Assembly: GCA_027064425.1 (NCBI GenBank)
Contig: JAMOPO010000015.1
Location: 288,001-352,000, forward strand
Reading direction: 5' to 3'
Length of the DNA stretch: 64,000 nucleotides
From: Methanobacteriota archaeon
GTDB taxonomy: Archaea; JAADCQ01; Methanopyri; Methanopyrales; Methanopyraceae
Positions 9,397-20,326 of the stretch are shown here, piece after piece. The notes beneath the pieces were generated by a model. The model was not told the origin of the DNA and did no database searches. It worked only from the letters and a program-made list of their open reading frames with translations. Positions within the stretch are counted from its first letter, which is position 1, and each line of letters starts with the position of its first letter. The position numbers were made by a program, and so were the translations under genes.

Positions 9397-10041
9397 TCAC
9401 GCCCGCCCGACGATCACCCTATCTACCTTGTCCCCGGGGAATACCCCGCACTCCACGACGCCCGGAACGGACGCGAGCTCCCGCTCCAGCTCCGCGGGAT
9501 CCCAGTCCCCCTCCACCCGTAAGTCGACGATCGGGTTACCGTGATCCGACGTGACCGGCCCGTACTTCTCCTCGCAACGCCGTGGCGAGACCTGACCGAA
9601 CCGCCTCAGCTCCCGCAGTGTCAGCTCGTAGCAGCCCCGGAGCACCTCGACCGGTACGGGCACCTCCCACAGCTCCTCCACCAGCTTCGACTCGTCCACG
9701 ATCACCCAAAACTCGTCCGCCGCGTAGTCGATCGCCTTCTCCAGCGCGTGACAGGCCCCGCCCCCCTTGATCAGGTTCCAGTCATCGTCCACCGCGTCCG
9801 CGCCGTCCACGGCCACCGGGATCTCCTCCGGGGGCACCGCCACGGTCTCCAGCCCCAGCTCCCGGCAGACGGACAGCGTCCCCGGGATCGTGGTGAACAC
9901 TCGAACCTCGGGCAGCCGCTCGGCCAGCTCCCTCAGGAACGCCTCCACCGTCGTCCCCGCACCCACCGCCACCAGGTCAACGCCCTCGGACTCCAGCGCC
10001 TCCACCGCCCGCCGCGCCGCGTCCCGCTTCGCCGCCTCCAA
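9397..10041 (-). CDS. rpiA: Ribose-5-phosphate isomerase A
   Basis: GAGTT, AVDGADAV, LIKGGGAC..EK, PGVVECG. Confidence 0.95.
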   Translation of the reverse strand: MEAAKRDAARRAVEALESEGVDLVAVGAGTTVEAFLRELAERLPEVRVFTTIPGTLSVCRELGLETVAVPPEEIPVAVDGADAVDDDWNLIKGGGACHALEKAIDYAADEFWVIVDESKLVEELWEVPVPVEVLRGCYELTLRELRRFGQVSPRRCEEKYGPVTSDHGNPIVDLRVEGDWDPAELERELASVPGVVECGVFPGDKVDRVIVGRA

Positions 10042-10105
10042 CTCCTTACACCCCGGGAAGGATTCTTAACGACCGGAACTGAGCGGACCACGCGGGTGCG
10101 GCCGG

Positions 10106-11755
10106 ATGGGCGGATCCCAAGATAAAATCGTGGTGATCGGGGCCGGCCCCAACCGAATCGGGCAGGGAATCGAGTTCGACTACTGCACCGTGCACGCGGT
10201 CTGGGCCATCCAGGAGGAGGGTTACAAGGCTATCATCATCAACAACAACCCTGAGACGGTCTCCACGGACTACGACACCTCGGACAAGCTCTACTTCGAG
10301 CCCCTCACCCTGGAGGACGTGCTCAACGTTGTCGAGAAGGAGCGCCCGCTGGGCGTGCTCACCCAGTTCGGCGGTCAGACGGCCGTCAACCTGACCGTGC
10401 CGCTGGCGGAGCGCGGCGTCCGAATCCTCGGCACCGACCCGAAGGACGTGGACAAGCTGGAGGACCGGGACAAGTTCTCCAAGCTGCTTAAGCGCCTGGG
10501 CATCCCGCAGCCCGAGAGCGGGACGGCCCGCGAGCCGGAGGAGGCGGTGGAGATCGCGGAGCAGATCGGGTACCCGGTTCTCGTCCGTCCGTCCTACGTG
10601 ATCGGTGGCCGGGCCATGGAGATCGTGTACGATGAGGAGGAGCTGCGGCGGTACATCGAGGAGGCCGCGCGCGTCTCGCCCGAGCACCCGATCCTCATCG
10701 ACAAGTTCGTTGAGGGCGGGATCGAGTGCGAGATCGACGGTGCGCGCGACGAGGCCGGCAACCTCCTCATCCCGCAGATCATGGAGCACATCGAGGAGGC
10801 GGGCGTGCACTCGGGCGACTCGGCGTGCGTGGTCCCGCCGCAGACGCTGCCCGAGCACGTGCAGGAGACGATCCTCGAGTACGCGCACGACATCGCCGAG
10901 GCGGCCAACGTGATCGGCCTGATCAACATCCAGTTCGTGTACGACCCGGAGGACGACACCGTCTACGTGATCGAGGCGAACCCGCGGGCCAGCCGAACGG
11001 TCCCGTTCATCAGCAAGGCCACCGGGGCACCCCTGGCCAAGATCGCCACGAAGGCGATCCTCGGCCGCGAGATCCCGGACATCATGGAGGAGATGGGGCT
11101 GGAATACCCGGGCGATGCCCGGACCTTCGACCTCGACATCGTCGCCGTGAAGGAGGCCGTCTTCTCCTTCGAGAAGTGGCCGGGCGTGGACCCAGTTCTC
11201 GGCCCGGAGATGAAGTCGACGGGCGAGGTGATGGGCATCGACCGCACCTTCGGCGCGGCCTACTGGAAGGCCCAGCTGGCCGCCGGCCACGAGCTGCCGC
11301 TGGAGGGGACGGTCGTCATCTCCGTCGCCGATCGGGACAAGCCGGAGATCGTGCCCGTGGCCCGGAAGCTCGAGGAGCTCGGGTTCGACCTGCTCGCCAC
11401 CCGCGGAACGGCCCGGTTCCTGCGAGACCACGGGATCGAGTGCGAGGTCGTGAAGAAGGTCTCCGAGGGGCACCCGAACGTCGTCGACCTGATCCGCGAG
11501 GGCGAGGTCGACCTCGTGATCAACACGCCCACTCAGGGCAAGGACGCGCGCCGCGACGGCTACGCGATCCGGCGCGCCGCGGTCAAGTTTAAGGTCCCGT
11601 ACATCACCACCGTCGCCGCCGCCAAGGCCGCCGTCGAGGCGATCGAGCTGGTCAAGAAGAAGGGAGTCGCCGTGAACTGCCTGCACGACCTGCACGACGG
11701 GACCTGGGCCCCGAAGCGCGTCAGCCCGAAGGAGCTCCGGGGGGCCTCCGAATGA
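10106..11755 (+). CDS. carB: Carbamoyl-phosphate synthase large subunit, C-terminal half (split carB)
   Basis: GAGPNRIGQGIEFDY, NNNPETVSTDYD, HSGDS, EANPRASRT, MGS domain; only one ATP-grasp unit. Confidence 0.95.
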   Translation: MGGSQDKIVVIGAGPNRIGQGIEFDYCTVHAVWAIQEEGYKAIIINNNPETVSTDYDTSDKLYFEPLTLEDVLNVVEKERPLGVLTQFGGQTAVNLTVPLAERGVRILGTDPKDVDKLEDRDKFSKLLKRLGIPQPESGTAREPEEAVEIAEQIGYPVLVRPSYVIGGRAMEIVYDEEELRRYIEEAARVSPEHPILIDKFVEGGIECEIDGARDEAGNLLIPQIMEHIEEAGVHSGDSACVVPPQTLPEHVQETILEYAHDIAEAANVIGLINIQFVYDPEDDTVYVIEANPRASRTVPFISKATGAPLAKIATKAILGREIPDIMEEMGLEYPGDARTFDLDIVAVKEAVFSFEKWPGVDPVLGPEMKSTGEVMGIDRTFGAAYWKAQLAAGHELPLEGTVVISVADRDKPEIVPVARKLEELGFDLLATRGTARFLRDHGIECEVVKKVSEGHPNVVDLIREGEVDLVINTPTQGKDARRDGYAIRRAAVKFKVPYITTVAAAKAAVEAIELVKKKGVAVNCLHDLHDGTWAPKRVSPKELRGASE

Positions 11756-12627
11756 TCGTCCTCGCCACGGCCGAGGGGGCCCGGCTCGCCCGGCGGCTGG
11801 CCGACGTTCTGGACGCGGAGCTCGCACCCATCGAGGAGGACCGGTTCCCCGACGGTGAGCAGATCGTGCGGGTCCCGCCGGAGCTGGACGGGACGGTCAT
11901 CGTCGTTCACTCCATGGTCCCGCCCCAGGACGAGAACTTCCTCAAGTGCCTCATCGCCCTCGACGCCGCCCGCGAGAACGGGGCCGACCGCGTCATCGCC
12001 GTCGTGCCCTACGTGGCCTACTCGCGGCAGGACAAGCGCTTCGAGCCCGGCGAGCCCGTCTCCTTCCGCGCCGTGGCCCGCGCCATCTCCGCCAACGCCG
12101 ACGCGTTCGTGACCGTCGACCTCCACGAGCCCAGCACGCTCGAGTTCTTCGACGTTCCAGCCGAAAACGCGACCGCGGCCGAAGAGATCGGGAAGTACCT
12201 GCGCGAGCGGTTCGACGGGGAGGAGCTCGCGGTCATCGCCCCGGACGAGGGCGCCCGGGAGCTGGCGGAGCGCACCGCCTCCGTCTGCGACGCGGAGCAC
12301 GACCACCTCGAGAAGGAGCGGATCAGCGGCGAGGAGGTGAGGATCTACCCCAAGGAGTTGGACGTCGAGGGCAAGACGGTGGTCATTGTGGACGACATGA
12401 TCGACACGGGCGGCACCATGATCGAGGCCGCCAAGGCGCTGAAGGAGCAGGGTGCGGAGGAGCTCTACGCGGCCTGCACGCACGCGCTGCTCACCCGGAA
12501 CGCGGCCTCCCGACTGCTGGCGGCAGGGTTCAAGGACATCATCGCCACGGACACGGTGCCCACACCGTACGAGCGGGTCAGCGTCGCCGAGCCCGTCTCG
12601 GAGGCGATCGACCGGCTGCCGGAGTAA
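11752..12627 (+). CDS. prs: Ribose-phosphate pyrophosphokinase
   Basis: FPDGE, PYVAYSRQDK, APDEGA, IVDDMIDTGGT. Confidence 0.96.
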   Translation: MIVLATAEGARLARRLADVLDAELAPIEEDRFPDGEQIVRVPPELDGTVIVVHSMVPPQDENFLKCLIALDAARENGADRVIAVVPYVAYSRQDKRFEPGEPVSFRAVARAISANADAFVTVDLHEPSTLEFFDVPAENATAAEEIGKYLRERFDGEELAVIAPDEGARELAERTASVCDAEHDHLEKERISGEEVRIYPKELDVEGKTVVIVDDMIDTGGTMIEAAKALKEQGAEELYAACTHALLTRNAASRLLAAGFKDIIATDTVPTPYERVSVAEPVSEAIDRLPE

Positions 12628-12667
12628 ACCTTAAAATCGCGCGGTTGATGGGCAGGTCCCGGAGGGA

Positions 12668-12758
12668 GCCGGGGCGGCCGAGCCCGGTCCAAGGCGCGGG
12701 ACTGCTAATCCCGTGGCCCGTATGGGCCGCCCGGGTTCAAATCCCGGCCCCGGCGCCA
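12668..12758 (+). tRNA. tRNA-Ser(GCT); C at position 8; long variable arm; CCA encoded
   Basis: GCCGGGG-C...GCGGGA-CTGCTAA-TCCCGT, variable arm GGCCC/GGGCC, TTCAAAT, CCCCGGC-G-CCA. Confidence 0.97.
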
Positions 12759-12766
12759 GCCGGTAT

Positions 12767-12785
12767 CGTTACGCGTCACATAACG
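12767..12785. repeat. Spaced palindrome copy 3 (3' of tRNA-Ser)
   Basis: CGTTA-cgcgtcaca-TAACG. Confidence 0.75.
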
Positions 12786-12804
12786 GTTCTGGGGGCCTCG
12801 CGAG

Positions 12805-13068
12805 ATGGCCCTCGAGGTGGGCGACTACGCCCGGTACGTCCGCACCGGCACCGTCGGTAAGATCGTCGACGTGAAGGAGGAGGGCGGCACGCGCTGGTAC
12901 AAGCTCGACTCGACGGGCCTGTACTACCGCGAGGATCAGCTCGAGCGGGTTGACGAGGTGAAGCGGAAGGAGCGGGAGGAGAGCGTGGAGGAGTTCCTCC
13001 AAAAACTGCGAGAGCTCGAGGAGGCGTTCCAGGAGGCGGACGATCGGGTCTGCGAGGGAGGCGGCTGA
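12805..13068 (+). CDS. DUF2098 family methanogen protein
   Basis: VGDYARYVRTGTVGKI, KLDSTGLYY, C-terminal CEGGG. Confidence 0.75.
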   Translation: MALEVGDYARYVRTGTVGKIVDVKEEGGTRWYKLDSTGLYYREDQLERVDEVKRKEREESVEEFLQKLRELEEAFQEADDRVCEGGG

Positions 13069-13344
13069 TCACCCGCGCTCCTGCCGGAACCGGATCTTGT
13101 CCTCATCCACCAGGATGTACTTACCCACGGCGAGCACGGAGCTCCAGGGCACCTCCACGAACCCACGCCCTCCCTTTTTCTTCGCGTAGTCCTTTGAGGG
13201 CTCGACGATCAGCGCCCGAATGCACTTGTCCCTCCAGGCCAGCTCCACCTCGGCGACCACGCCCAGATCGTTGCCCTTGTTCGTGATCACCTGCTTCCGG
13301 AGGAGGTCAGAGACCTTCATCTCCCCCTTCTTCAACTTCGCCAA
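13069..13344 (-). CDS. PRC-barrel domain protein
   Basis: MKVSDLLRKQVITNKG..LGVV, VPWSSVLAVGKYILV; start TTG 13344 or ATG 13320. Confidence 0.85.
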   Translation of the reverse strand: MAKLKKGEMKVSDLLRKQVITNKGNDLGVVAEVELAWRDKCIRALIVEPSKDYAKKKGGRGFVEVPWSSVLAVGKYILVDEDKIRFRQERG

Positions 13345-13964
13345 AGATTGAGCACCCCCTCGGCGCGCCTGAGGTCTGTCGCGGTGTTGACGTTGCACGC
13401 GAGCCGGGGGTCATCAATTACCACCCTCCTCTCCGCGGTCTCACCGACTCCACCCACCACGTTGATCCCCGCGGGGACCGCCCGCACGCCGGCCACCTCG
13501 GTCTGGTACCGACCCCATAGACTGAACCCCATCCTCTTAACCCTCCGCACCGGCACCCAGACCGACAGCGATGGGTCCGGAGCCGCCGCCCACAGTCGAA
13601 TGACCCGCTCGACCAGCCCCGGCGTCAGGGCGGGGAGGTCGGCCCCCACCGTCAGGGCGGGCGCGCCCGACCGGGAGAGCGCCTCACGGAGGTCGCGAAC
13701 GTATCCCTCCCCCCCGGTGAGCAAGATCTTGGCTCCCCAGGACTCGGCCAGCTCCCGCGTGAGCTCGTGGCGCGGGGTGGTGACCACGTACACCCGGGAC
13801 ACGAGCGGGCACGCGGAGACCGCGCGCAGGACCCTGACCAGCATGGGCTCACCCAGGACCTTTACCGCGGGTTTTTCAACCCCTCCCATCCGCCGCGCCC
13901 GGCCCCCGGCCATCACCAGGGCAGGAAGCTCAGGATGATCCCACTCAACACCCTCGACAGCCAT
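13332..13964 (-). CDS. cobY: Adenosylcobinamide-phosphate guanylyltransferase CobY
   Basis: MAGGRARRMGGVEKP, GEGYVRDL, ADLP, PAGINVV, NVNT; adjacent to cobS. Confidence 0.85.
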   Translation of the reverse strand: MAVEGVEWDHPELPALVMAGGRARRMGGVEKPAVKVLGEPMLVRVLRAVSACPLVSRVYVVTTPRHELTRELAESWGAKILLTGGEGYVRDLREALSRSGAPALTVGADLPALTPGLVERVIRLWAAAPDPSLSVWVPVRRVKRMGFSLWGRYQTEVAGVRAVPAGINVVGGVGETAERRVVIDDPRLACNVNTATDLRRAEGVLNLWRS

Positions 13965-14620
13965 ACCGAAGCACCCAGCACGTCCCCGTTCACACCTCCC
14001 AGAACCCGGTTCGCCAGGTCCAGGGAGACCCAGGCGGAGGCGAGCGCGCACAGCGCGCAGATCAACGTCGCCTCCGGCGAGTAAGGCAGGGAAACGAGCA
14101 CGGACACGACGCCACCGAGCAGCACCTGACCGGCGTCAACGTGCTCCGTGAAAACCCGGCCGGAGACGCTGTACTCCGGTGGCTCTCCCGCCGCGGCCAG
14201 CGGCAGCGCCGAGTACTGAGCCCACACCTCCATCGGGACGAGAGCGTAGAACGGGACCGAGGAGAGGCACGCCGACAGCGCGATCAGGGCCAGCGCGCCG
14301 GCGGCCAGCCCTCCCACCCCGACGCGCGCGTCTTTCATCGCCCGCTCCGGCTCTCCGCCCGCCATCCAGGCTAGGACCGCGTCCCCCAGGTCGACCAGTC
14401 CGTCCAGGCGCTGCGCGCCCTCCAGCAGGACGATCGCACCGACCGTCACGGGACCCGCGGCCGGGCTGCTCCGGAGTAGCCAGGCCACCACTCCCGCGAT
14501 CAGGCCGCTGATCAGGCCGACGGTTGGCAGCCCCAGCCACGCGTTCCTGCCGATCTCCTCCGGCTCCGGGTGGGGTCCGAGCGGGAGGATCGTCAGGAAG
14601 CGGATCGCGCCCAGCGGCAC
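13913..14620 (-). CDS. cobS: Cobalamin synthase CobS
   Basis: FLTILP, LDGLVDLGDA, MKDARVG, GGVNGDVLGA. Confidence 0.9.
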   Translation of the reverse strand: MPLGAIRFLTILPLGPHPEPEEIGRNAWLGLPTVGLISGLIAGVVAWLLRSSPAAGPVTVGAIVLLEGAQRLDGLVDLGDAVLAWMAGGEPERAMKDARVGVGGLAAGALALIALSACLSSVPFYALVPMEVWAQYSALPLAAAGEPPEYSVSGRVFTEHVDAGQVLLGGVVSVLVSLPYSPEATLICALCALASAWVSLDLANRVLGGVNGDVLGASVWLSRVLSGIILSFLPW

Positions 14621-14633
14621 GGTCGGTGCCCCC

Positions 14634-15704
14634 TCACTCCCTCTTAAAGGCCGCCGCCATCGCCCCTCCGATCAGTCCGGCCAGGACGTCGTCGAGCGTG
14701 AGCCACCGCTCGTCCACCTCGCTCAAAATCCCGGGCTTCCGCTCGTCGTACCGGCGGAAGTTGAAGAGCCCTGCGTACCCGCCCAGCTCCATCGCCACGA
14801 ACTGGCCGAGCACCTCATCGAAGTAGATCCAGCCCGGGTCCTCCTCGACCCCTTCGCACTCCTCCGGGTACGCTCCCAGACGCAGGAACCGGTCCAGCAC
14901 CACGGCCGCGAAGACGGCCAGGGCGACGTTGGGGTTCCGCAGGGCGCGCTCGAGCTCCTCGCGCACCCGCTTCTCGTGCTCCTTCGACCACTCGCCCACG
15001 AAGAGCTCGCGGCCCGCCTCGACGAGGTCGTCCAGGGTGATCCCCTCCCGCTCCAGCAGCTCGATGACCGGCGGGTTGGGCGGGTACCCCGCGCGCTCGG
15101 CCGCGACGATCACCGCCTCCTCCACGGCGTCCATCAACCGCTCCCCGAGCTCCGTGGCGGGGCCGCAGAACACGTCCCGGTGCTCGCCCGGAGGGCACGC
15201 CACGAGGACGGAGTCCGTGGTCGTGCCGAGGCAGGGCCCCTCGTTGCCCAGCGCCAGCCTGAGGACCGCGTGGCACTTGGCCTCCACCGCCCACGCGAGC
15301 GCCTCGACCAGCGAGCGGCGGGAGAGGGGCCGCCCCACGACGACGATCACGTTCACGGTGCTCGGGGAGCACTCGCCCGGCTTCGTCCGGGAGCAGTAGG
15401 CGTTGCTGAACCCGGCCGTTGCCAGCGCGAAAACGTCACCTTTTTGAACCGTCGCCGCCAGGCCGACGTCCGCCGCGGTCAGGAAGGCGACAGCTTCTTC
15501 CGGGTCCACCCCGAGCTCCTCCAGCCGCTCCCGCACGTAGGACTTCGGGTCCTCGTGCGACCATCCCTTACCGACTCGCAGGTTCACGATCCACCTCGCG
15601 CGCCCGACCCCGCGGGAGTAGAAGGCACTCGAAACGTACTTCACCGGGTGGTCAAACTCTACAATGACGGCCCGCTCGTCCTTGATCACGTGGAAGAACT
15701 CCAA
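14634..15704 (-). CDS. cbiS: Bifunctional adenosylcobinamide amidohydrolase / alpha-ribazole phosphatase (CbiZ-CobZ fusion, CbiS)
   Basis: CbiZ motifs [28 protein letters not shown] plus CobZ C-terminus [24 protein letters not shown]. Confidence 0.88.
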   Translation of the reverse strand: MEFFHVIKDERAVIVEFDHPVKYVSSAFYSRGVGRARWIVNLRVGKGWSHEDPKSYVRERLEELGVDPEEAVAFLTAADVGLAATVQKGDVFALATAGFSNAYCSRTKPGECSPSTVNVIVVVGRPLSRRSLVEALAWAVEAKCHAVLRLALGNEGPCLGTTTDSVLVACPPGEHRDVFCGPATELGERLMDAVEEAVIVAAERAGYPPNPPVIELLEREGITLDDLVEAGRELFVGEWSKEHEKRVREELERALRNPNVALAVFAAVVLDRFLRLGAYPEECEGVEEDPGWIYFDEVLGQFVAMELGGYAGLFNFRRYDERKPGILSEVDERWLTLDDVLAGLIGGAMAAAFKRE

Positions 15705-15733
15705 CCGGACGAACCCCCGAGGGGGTCGGCCGC

Positions 15734-18727
15734 GTGGCCGAGTCCGAGCGGCCTGAGGACGCCGGCAAGGAGTACACCACCATTTCTGAAATCTCCGGAC
15801 CGCTGATGGTCGTCGAGGGTGTCGAGGGAGCCAAGTACGGGGAGGTGGTGGAGGTCGAGCTGCCCACGGGCGAGGTTCGACGCGGTCAGGTCCTAGAGGC
15901 CCGAGAGAACGCCGCCGTCGTGCAGGTCTTCGAGGGCACGTCCGGAATCGACGCCACCTCGACCAAGGTCCGGTTCACCGGTGAGACGCTTAAGATCCCG
16001 GTGTCCACGGACCTGCTGGGTCGCATCCTTAACGGTCGTGGAGAGCCCATTGATGGCGGCCCCGAGATCGTCCCGGAGGACGAGCTGGACATTCACGGCT
16101 CCCCGATCAACCCGGCCGCGCGCAAGTACCCGAGCGACTTCATCCAGACGGGCATCTCCGCGATCGACGGCATGAACACCCTGGTGCGCGGTCAGAAGCT
16201 GCCGATCTTCTCCGGCTCCGGTCTACCGCACAACGAGCTCGCCGCCCAGATCGCCCGGCAGGCCACGGTGCCCGGTGAGGAGGAAGAGTTCGCGGTCGTC
16301 TTCGCCGCGATGGGAATCACGCACGAGGAGGCGGCCTTCTTCCGCCGAGAGTTCGAGGAGACCGGCGCCCTAGACCGGGCCGTACTGATCCTGAACCTCG
16401 CGGACGACCCGGCGATGGAGCGGATCATCACGCCGCGAATCGCCCTGACCATCGCCGAGTACCTGGCCTTCGAGCAGGACATGCACGTGCTGGTCATCCT
16501 GACGGACATGACGAACTACTGCTTCGCGCCCGGCACCAGGGTGATCACCGCGTCCGGCGACGTCGTCGAGATCGATGAGATCGTCGAGAGGGCCGTCGAA
16601 ACCGCCGTCGACGGCGGTCTGAAGGAGGGGTCAACGGAGGTTACCGTCGGGGTGACCGACGTCAAGACCCTGGCGTCGTGGAACGGCGATCTGACCACCA
16701 ACGACGTGGTGGCCGTGGAGAAGATCGAGGCCCCGAACCGCGCCGTCAGGGTGAAGACGAGGAGCGGCGCCGAGCTGGTGGTGTCCGAGGACCACAAGTT
16801 CCTGGTGGACACGGAGGACGGCCCCAGGATGGTCGAGGCGTCCGAGCTGAAGCCCGGCGACGAGCTGTACTCCGTGAGGGAGCTCCGGGTCAGCGAGAGG
16901 GTCCCAACGTACCTGGAGCTGCTCCTGGAGGCGGAGGACGAGTTCTACGTGCACCCGACCGAGGAGTTCGAGGAGGCCGTGGCCGAGCGGTACGGGAGCC
17001 TGGCCGAAGCGTGCCGGGAGAAGGAAATCCCGTACAGGGCCAGGGAGGCCAAGGGGCGGAGGTACTACGAGCTGTCCGAGTTCGCCAGGCTGGCGACGGC
17101 CGTGACCGAGAGCGTTGACGAGGCCACGGAGTACATCGACTACGTGACCGCCGGAGGCAGGAAGAAGGTCAGGTTCGCGTCGCCGAGGCCCGGAGAGGAG
17201 GTGATGTACGTCGCCGGATTGGTGGCGTCGGACGGGACCGTGGACACCGACCGAGGGTTCGTGATGTTCTCGAACACGGAGGAGGAGCTGCTGTCGGCGT
17301 TCGAGGAGATCGTGGCGGAGGAGTTCGCCGTCGACGCCCTCGAGACGGAGAACCAGAACGGCGTGACGATGCTCCGGGTCAACAGCCGCGTACTCGCCCG
17401 GGTGTTCGAGAGGCTCGCGGACCCGAAGACGGTCCTGAAGATGCCCCGGGAGCTCGTCGCCGCTTACCTGGCAGGCTACGTGGACGGCGACGGTCACCTG
17501 AAGGACGGCAAGATCGTGATCACCACGGCCGACAGGGAGCGAGCAGGGGACCTACAGCTCCTGCTGAAGAGGCTCGGAGTGCCGAGCGTGCTGCGCGAGA
17601 GGGACGGCGTCTACGACGTTATCGTGACCGGTCACGACGCCGCGGAGCTGGCCGAGGAGCTGCCGCTGAGGCACCCGCGGAAGGCGAAGGCCGCGGCGTC
17701 GATGTCACCCGGACGGAGGTCATCCAGGTTCGACCGGGTGTCGCGCAGGTTCGGCAGGCTGCTCCGGGAGGTTAGGAGGAAGTACGGCGTCAGGGCCTCG
17801 GACCTGGGGCCGTCCAGCACGATCTCGCAGATCGAGAGCGGTGAGAGGCGCGCGACCCGGCGCCTCGCGCTGAGGATCGTGGAGAGGCTAGAGGAGATCG
17901 TCGGCGACGTCGAGGAGGTCCGTGAGCTGCGGAGGCTGGCGGAGGGTAACTACGTGCTGGACGAGGTGGTGGAGGTGGAGACCGTGGAGTACGAGCACGA
18001 CTACCTGTACGACGTGACCGTGATCCCCGACCACACCCTGGTGGTGGAGAACGGCATCATCACCTCGAACTGCGAGGCCCTGCGTGAGATCTCGGCGGCG
18101 CGCGAGGAGGTGCCCGGTCGACGCGGCTACCCGGGTTACATGTACACGGACCTGGCCACCATCTACGAGCGGGCCGGCTGCATCCGGGGCCGGAAGGGCT
18201 CGATCACCCAGATGCCCATCCTGACGATGCCGCACGACGACATCACGCACCCGATCCCGGACCTGACGGGCTACATCACCGAGGGCCAGATCGTGCTGAG
18301 CCGGGACCTGCACCGGCGCGGCATCTACCCGCCGATCGACGTGCTGCCGTCGCTCTCGCGGCTGATGGACGAGGGCATCGGGCCCGGTAAGACGCGGGAG
18401 GACCACGCGGACCTGGCGAACCAGCTGTACGCCGCCTACGCGGAGGGCCGAGACCTGCGCGATCTGGTGGCGGTGGTCGGAGAGGAGGCGCTGACGGAGC
18501 GAGACCGGAAGTTCCTGAAGTTCGCGGACGAGTTCGAGCAGAAGTTCGTGAAGCAGGGGCGCGACGAGAACCGGGACATCGAGGAGACGCTGGACCTGGG
18601 CTGGGAGCTGCTCTCGATCCTGCCGGAGCGTGAGCTGAAGCGAGTCAGTGAGGAGTACATCAAGAAGTACCACCCGAAGTACCGGGAGAAGAGGGAGGAG
18701 GGAGAGTCCGAGGAGTCGGAGGAGTAA
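15734..18727 (+). CDS. atpB: A/V-type ATP synthase subunit B, intein-containing
   Basis: [31 protein letters not shown]|[20 protein letters not shown]. Confidence 0.97.
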   Translation: MAESERPEDAGKEYTTISEISGPLMVVEGVEGAKYGEVVEVELPTGEVRRGQVLEARENAAVVQVFEGTSGIDATSTKVRFTGETLKIPVSTDLLGRILNGRGEPIDGGPEIVPEDELDIHGSPINPAARKYPSDFIQTGISAIDGMNTLVRGQKLPIFSGSGLPHNELAAQIARQATVPGEEEEFAVVFAAMGITHEEAAFFRREFEETGALDRAVLILNLADDPAMERIITPRIALTIAEYLAFEQDMHVLVILTDMTNYCFAPGTRVITASGDVVEIDEIVERAVETAVDGGLKEGSTEVTVGVTDVKTLASWNGDLTTNDVVAVEKIEAPNRAVRVKTRSGAELVVSEDHKFLVDTEDGPRMVEASELKPGDELYSVRELRVSERVPTYLELLLEAEDEFYVHPTEEFEEAVAERYGSLAEACREKEIPYRAREAKGRRYYELSEFARLATAVTESVDEATEYIDYVTAGGRKKVRFASPRPGEEVMYVAGLVASDGTVDTDRGFVMFSNTEEELLSAFEEIVAEEFAVDALETENQNGVTMLRVNSRVLARVFERLADPKTVLKMPRELVAAYLAGYVDGDGHLKDGKIVITTADRERAGDLQLLLKRLGVPSVLRERDGVYDVIVTGHDAAELAEELPLRHPRKAKAAASMSPGRRSSRFDRVSRRFGRLLREVRRKYGVRASDLGPSSTISQIESGERRATRRLALRIVERLEEIVGDVEEVRELRRLAEGNYVLDEVVEVETVEYEHDYLYDVTVIPDHTLVVENGIITSNCEALREISAAREEVPGRRGYPGYMYTDLATIYERAGCIRGRKGSITQMPILTMPHDDITHPIPDLTGYITEGQIVLSRDLHRRGIYPPIDVLPSLSRLMDEGIGPGKTREDHADLANQLYAAYAEGRDLRDLVAVVGEEALTERDRKFLKFADEFEQKFVKQGRDENRDIEETLDLGWELLSILPERELKRVSEEYIKKYHPKYREKREEGESEESEE
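16520..18070 (+). mobile_element. Intein (517 aa) with LAGLIDADG homing endonuclease and HTH insert
   Basis: In-frame insert from CFAPGT to IITSN, followed by Cys+1; block B SEDH; LAGLIDADG-like [10 protein letters not shown] and [10 protein letters not shown]; penultimate Ser instead of His. Confidence 0.95.
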
Positions 18728-18769
18728 TCCCCTCCCCCTCACCACCGCGCCCTCCGGGGGCGCCCCGGG

Positions 18770-19474
18770 ATGACGCAGCAGGACATCCTCGAGGACGTGA
18801 ACCCGACGCGGATGGAGCTGCTCAAGCTCAAGGACCGCATCGAGCTGGCCAAGAAGGGACACAAGCTGCTCAAGGAGAAGCGAGACGCGCTGATCATGGA
18901 GTTCTTCGACCTGGTGAAGAAGGCCTCCGAAGTGCGAGAGAAGGCCATTGAGAAGCTCATGAAGGCCTACGAGAAGCTCGCCGCGGCCAAGACCACGGTC
19001 GGCACGACGGGCGTGAAGTGCGCGTCGATGGCCTCCGCCGAGGAGGTTCGGGTCGACATCGGCTCCCGTAACGTCATGGGCGTCGTCGTCCCCATCATCG
19101 AGCGCGTGAGCGAGGACGGTGGAACTCAGGTCGCCTACGGATTCGCGGACACGTCCGGCGCCCTGGACGAGGCCGTGCGCGCGTTCCGCGAGGCGTTGGA
19201 CGCGGTCCTGGAGCTGGCCGAGATTGAGGAAACCCTGCGCCTGATGGCGGAGGAGATCGAGCGGACCAAGCGGCGCGTGAACGCGCTGGAACACATCGTG
19301 ATCCCGCGGCTGGAGAACACGGAGAAGTACATCGAGATGAAGCTCGACGAGCAGGAGCGCGAGAACTTCGTGCGGCTCAAGCGAGTGAAGAGCATGCTCG
19401 AGGAGCGCCGGGCCGAAGAGATCGAGCGGGAGCTCCGAGAGGCCGGAGCCGAGCTGCCGGAGCTTGAGAAGTAG
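18770..19474 (+). CDS. atpD: A/V-type ATP synthase subunit D
   Basis: NPTRMELL, GHKLLKEKRDAL, ERTKRRVNALE, ERENFVRLK. Confidence 0.96.
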   Translation: MTQQDILEDVNPTRMELLKLKDRIELAKKGHKLLKEKRDALIMEFFDLVKKASEVREKAIEKLMKAYEKLAAAKTTVGTTGVKCASMASAEEVRVDIGSRNVMGVVVPIIERVSEDGGTQVAYGFADTSGALDEAVRAFREALDAVLELAEIEETLRLMAEEIERTKRRVNALEHIVIPRLENTEKYIEMKLDEQERENFVRLKRVKSMLEERRAEEIERELREAGAELPELEK

Positions 19475-19486
19475 GGGAGGAGCGCG

Positions 19487-19864
19487 TTGGTCTTCGTGAC
19501 CGTGGCCAAGCGGAAGGTGGCCGAGCGCGTCCGCGAGCAGAAGGAGCCCTACGACTTCAAGACGGACGTCTTCGAGGGCAAGTTCCAGCCCCTCATCGCC
19601 GCCGAGGACGTGACGGTCGAGGAGGGCGAGGACCTGATTATCAAGGTGGAGCCCGTCGAGATCCCGCCGCACACGATGGTCCTCCTGTCGCCGTACGCTC
19701 GGAACCCCTACGGCCACGTGATCGCGGTGGGTGAGGAGCACCCGAAGATGATGGAACTGGGCCGGAAGGTGGACCGGGTCTACTTCGCCGCCGTCCGGCA
19801 CGGTAGGATCCGGAAGGGTGACGTCTTGGGCGTGCTCATCCTGGTCGACCTGAGAGGTGAGTGA
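19487..19864 (+). CDS. DUF22 family protein
   Basis: PLIAAEDV, YARNPYGHVI, GRIRKGDVLGV; follows atpD. Confidence 0.7.
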   Translation: MVFVTVAKRKVAERVREQKEPYDFKTDVFEGKFQPLIAAEDVTVEEGEDLIIKVEPVEIPPHTMVLLSPYARNPYGHVIAVGEEHPKMMELGRKVDRVYFAAVRHGRIRKGDVLGVLILVDLRGE

Positions 19865-19867
19865 GGG

Positions 19868-20326
19868 TTGCGCGACACCCCCTCCTCCAACAACGACTCC
19901 CTCGATCGCAAGCTGCTCCAGGAGATCCTCCGGATTAACCGTCACCTCCCGCGCCGCCGAAAGACCCTGGCCGAGCTCCTCGAGGAGGAGCGGCCCCACG
20001 TCGTCAACCGGGACGGGACGAAGCACTACTTCAAGCGGGAGGAGCTCGACCGGCTCGCCGAGATCCTGCCCAAGTACCTCCACGGCCGGCTGAAACTGCC
20101 CATCCTCATCGAGCTGGGCTACTCGGGCACGGCCATCGTCCGCGGGAAGGCCGAGGTTCGCGTCGTCTGCGAGATCCTGGGGGAAGAGTGGAAGTTCGGC
20201 CAGGAGAGGGTGGAGCTGAACTACCTGGACGTCCGGAAGGTGCGGCGGGAGCTGCCCACGACGACCCAGTACATGTTCAGCACGGAGCACCTGAAGCGGG
20301 TGAACCGCGTTGAGAGAGGAAGATAA
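19868..20326 (+). CDS. DUF61 (UPF0216) family protein
   Basis: INRHLP..RKTLAELL, RDGTKHYF, LKLPILIE, RELPTTTQY. Confidence 0.8.
   Translation: MRDTPSSNNDSLDRKLLQEILRINRHLPRRRKTLAELLEEERPHVVNRDGTKHYFKREELDRLAEILPKYLHGRLKLPILIELGYSGTAIVRGKAEVRVVCEILGEEWKFGQERVELNYLDVRKVRRELPTTTQYMFSTEHLKRVNRVERGR

Noticed and set aside
10046-11827. Long antisense ORFs (also 17888-20398, 21605-23542, 25445-27334, 50439-52358)
   Set aside because: Shadow frames of recognisable genes in high-GC DNA; no motifs
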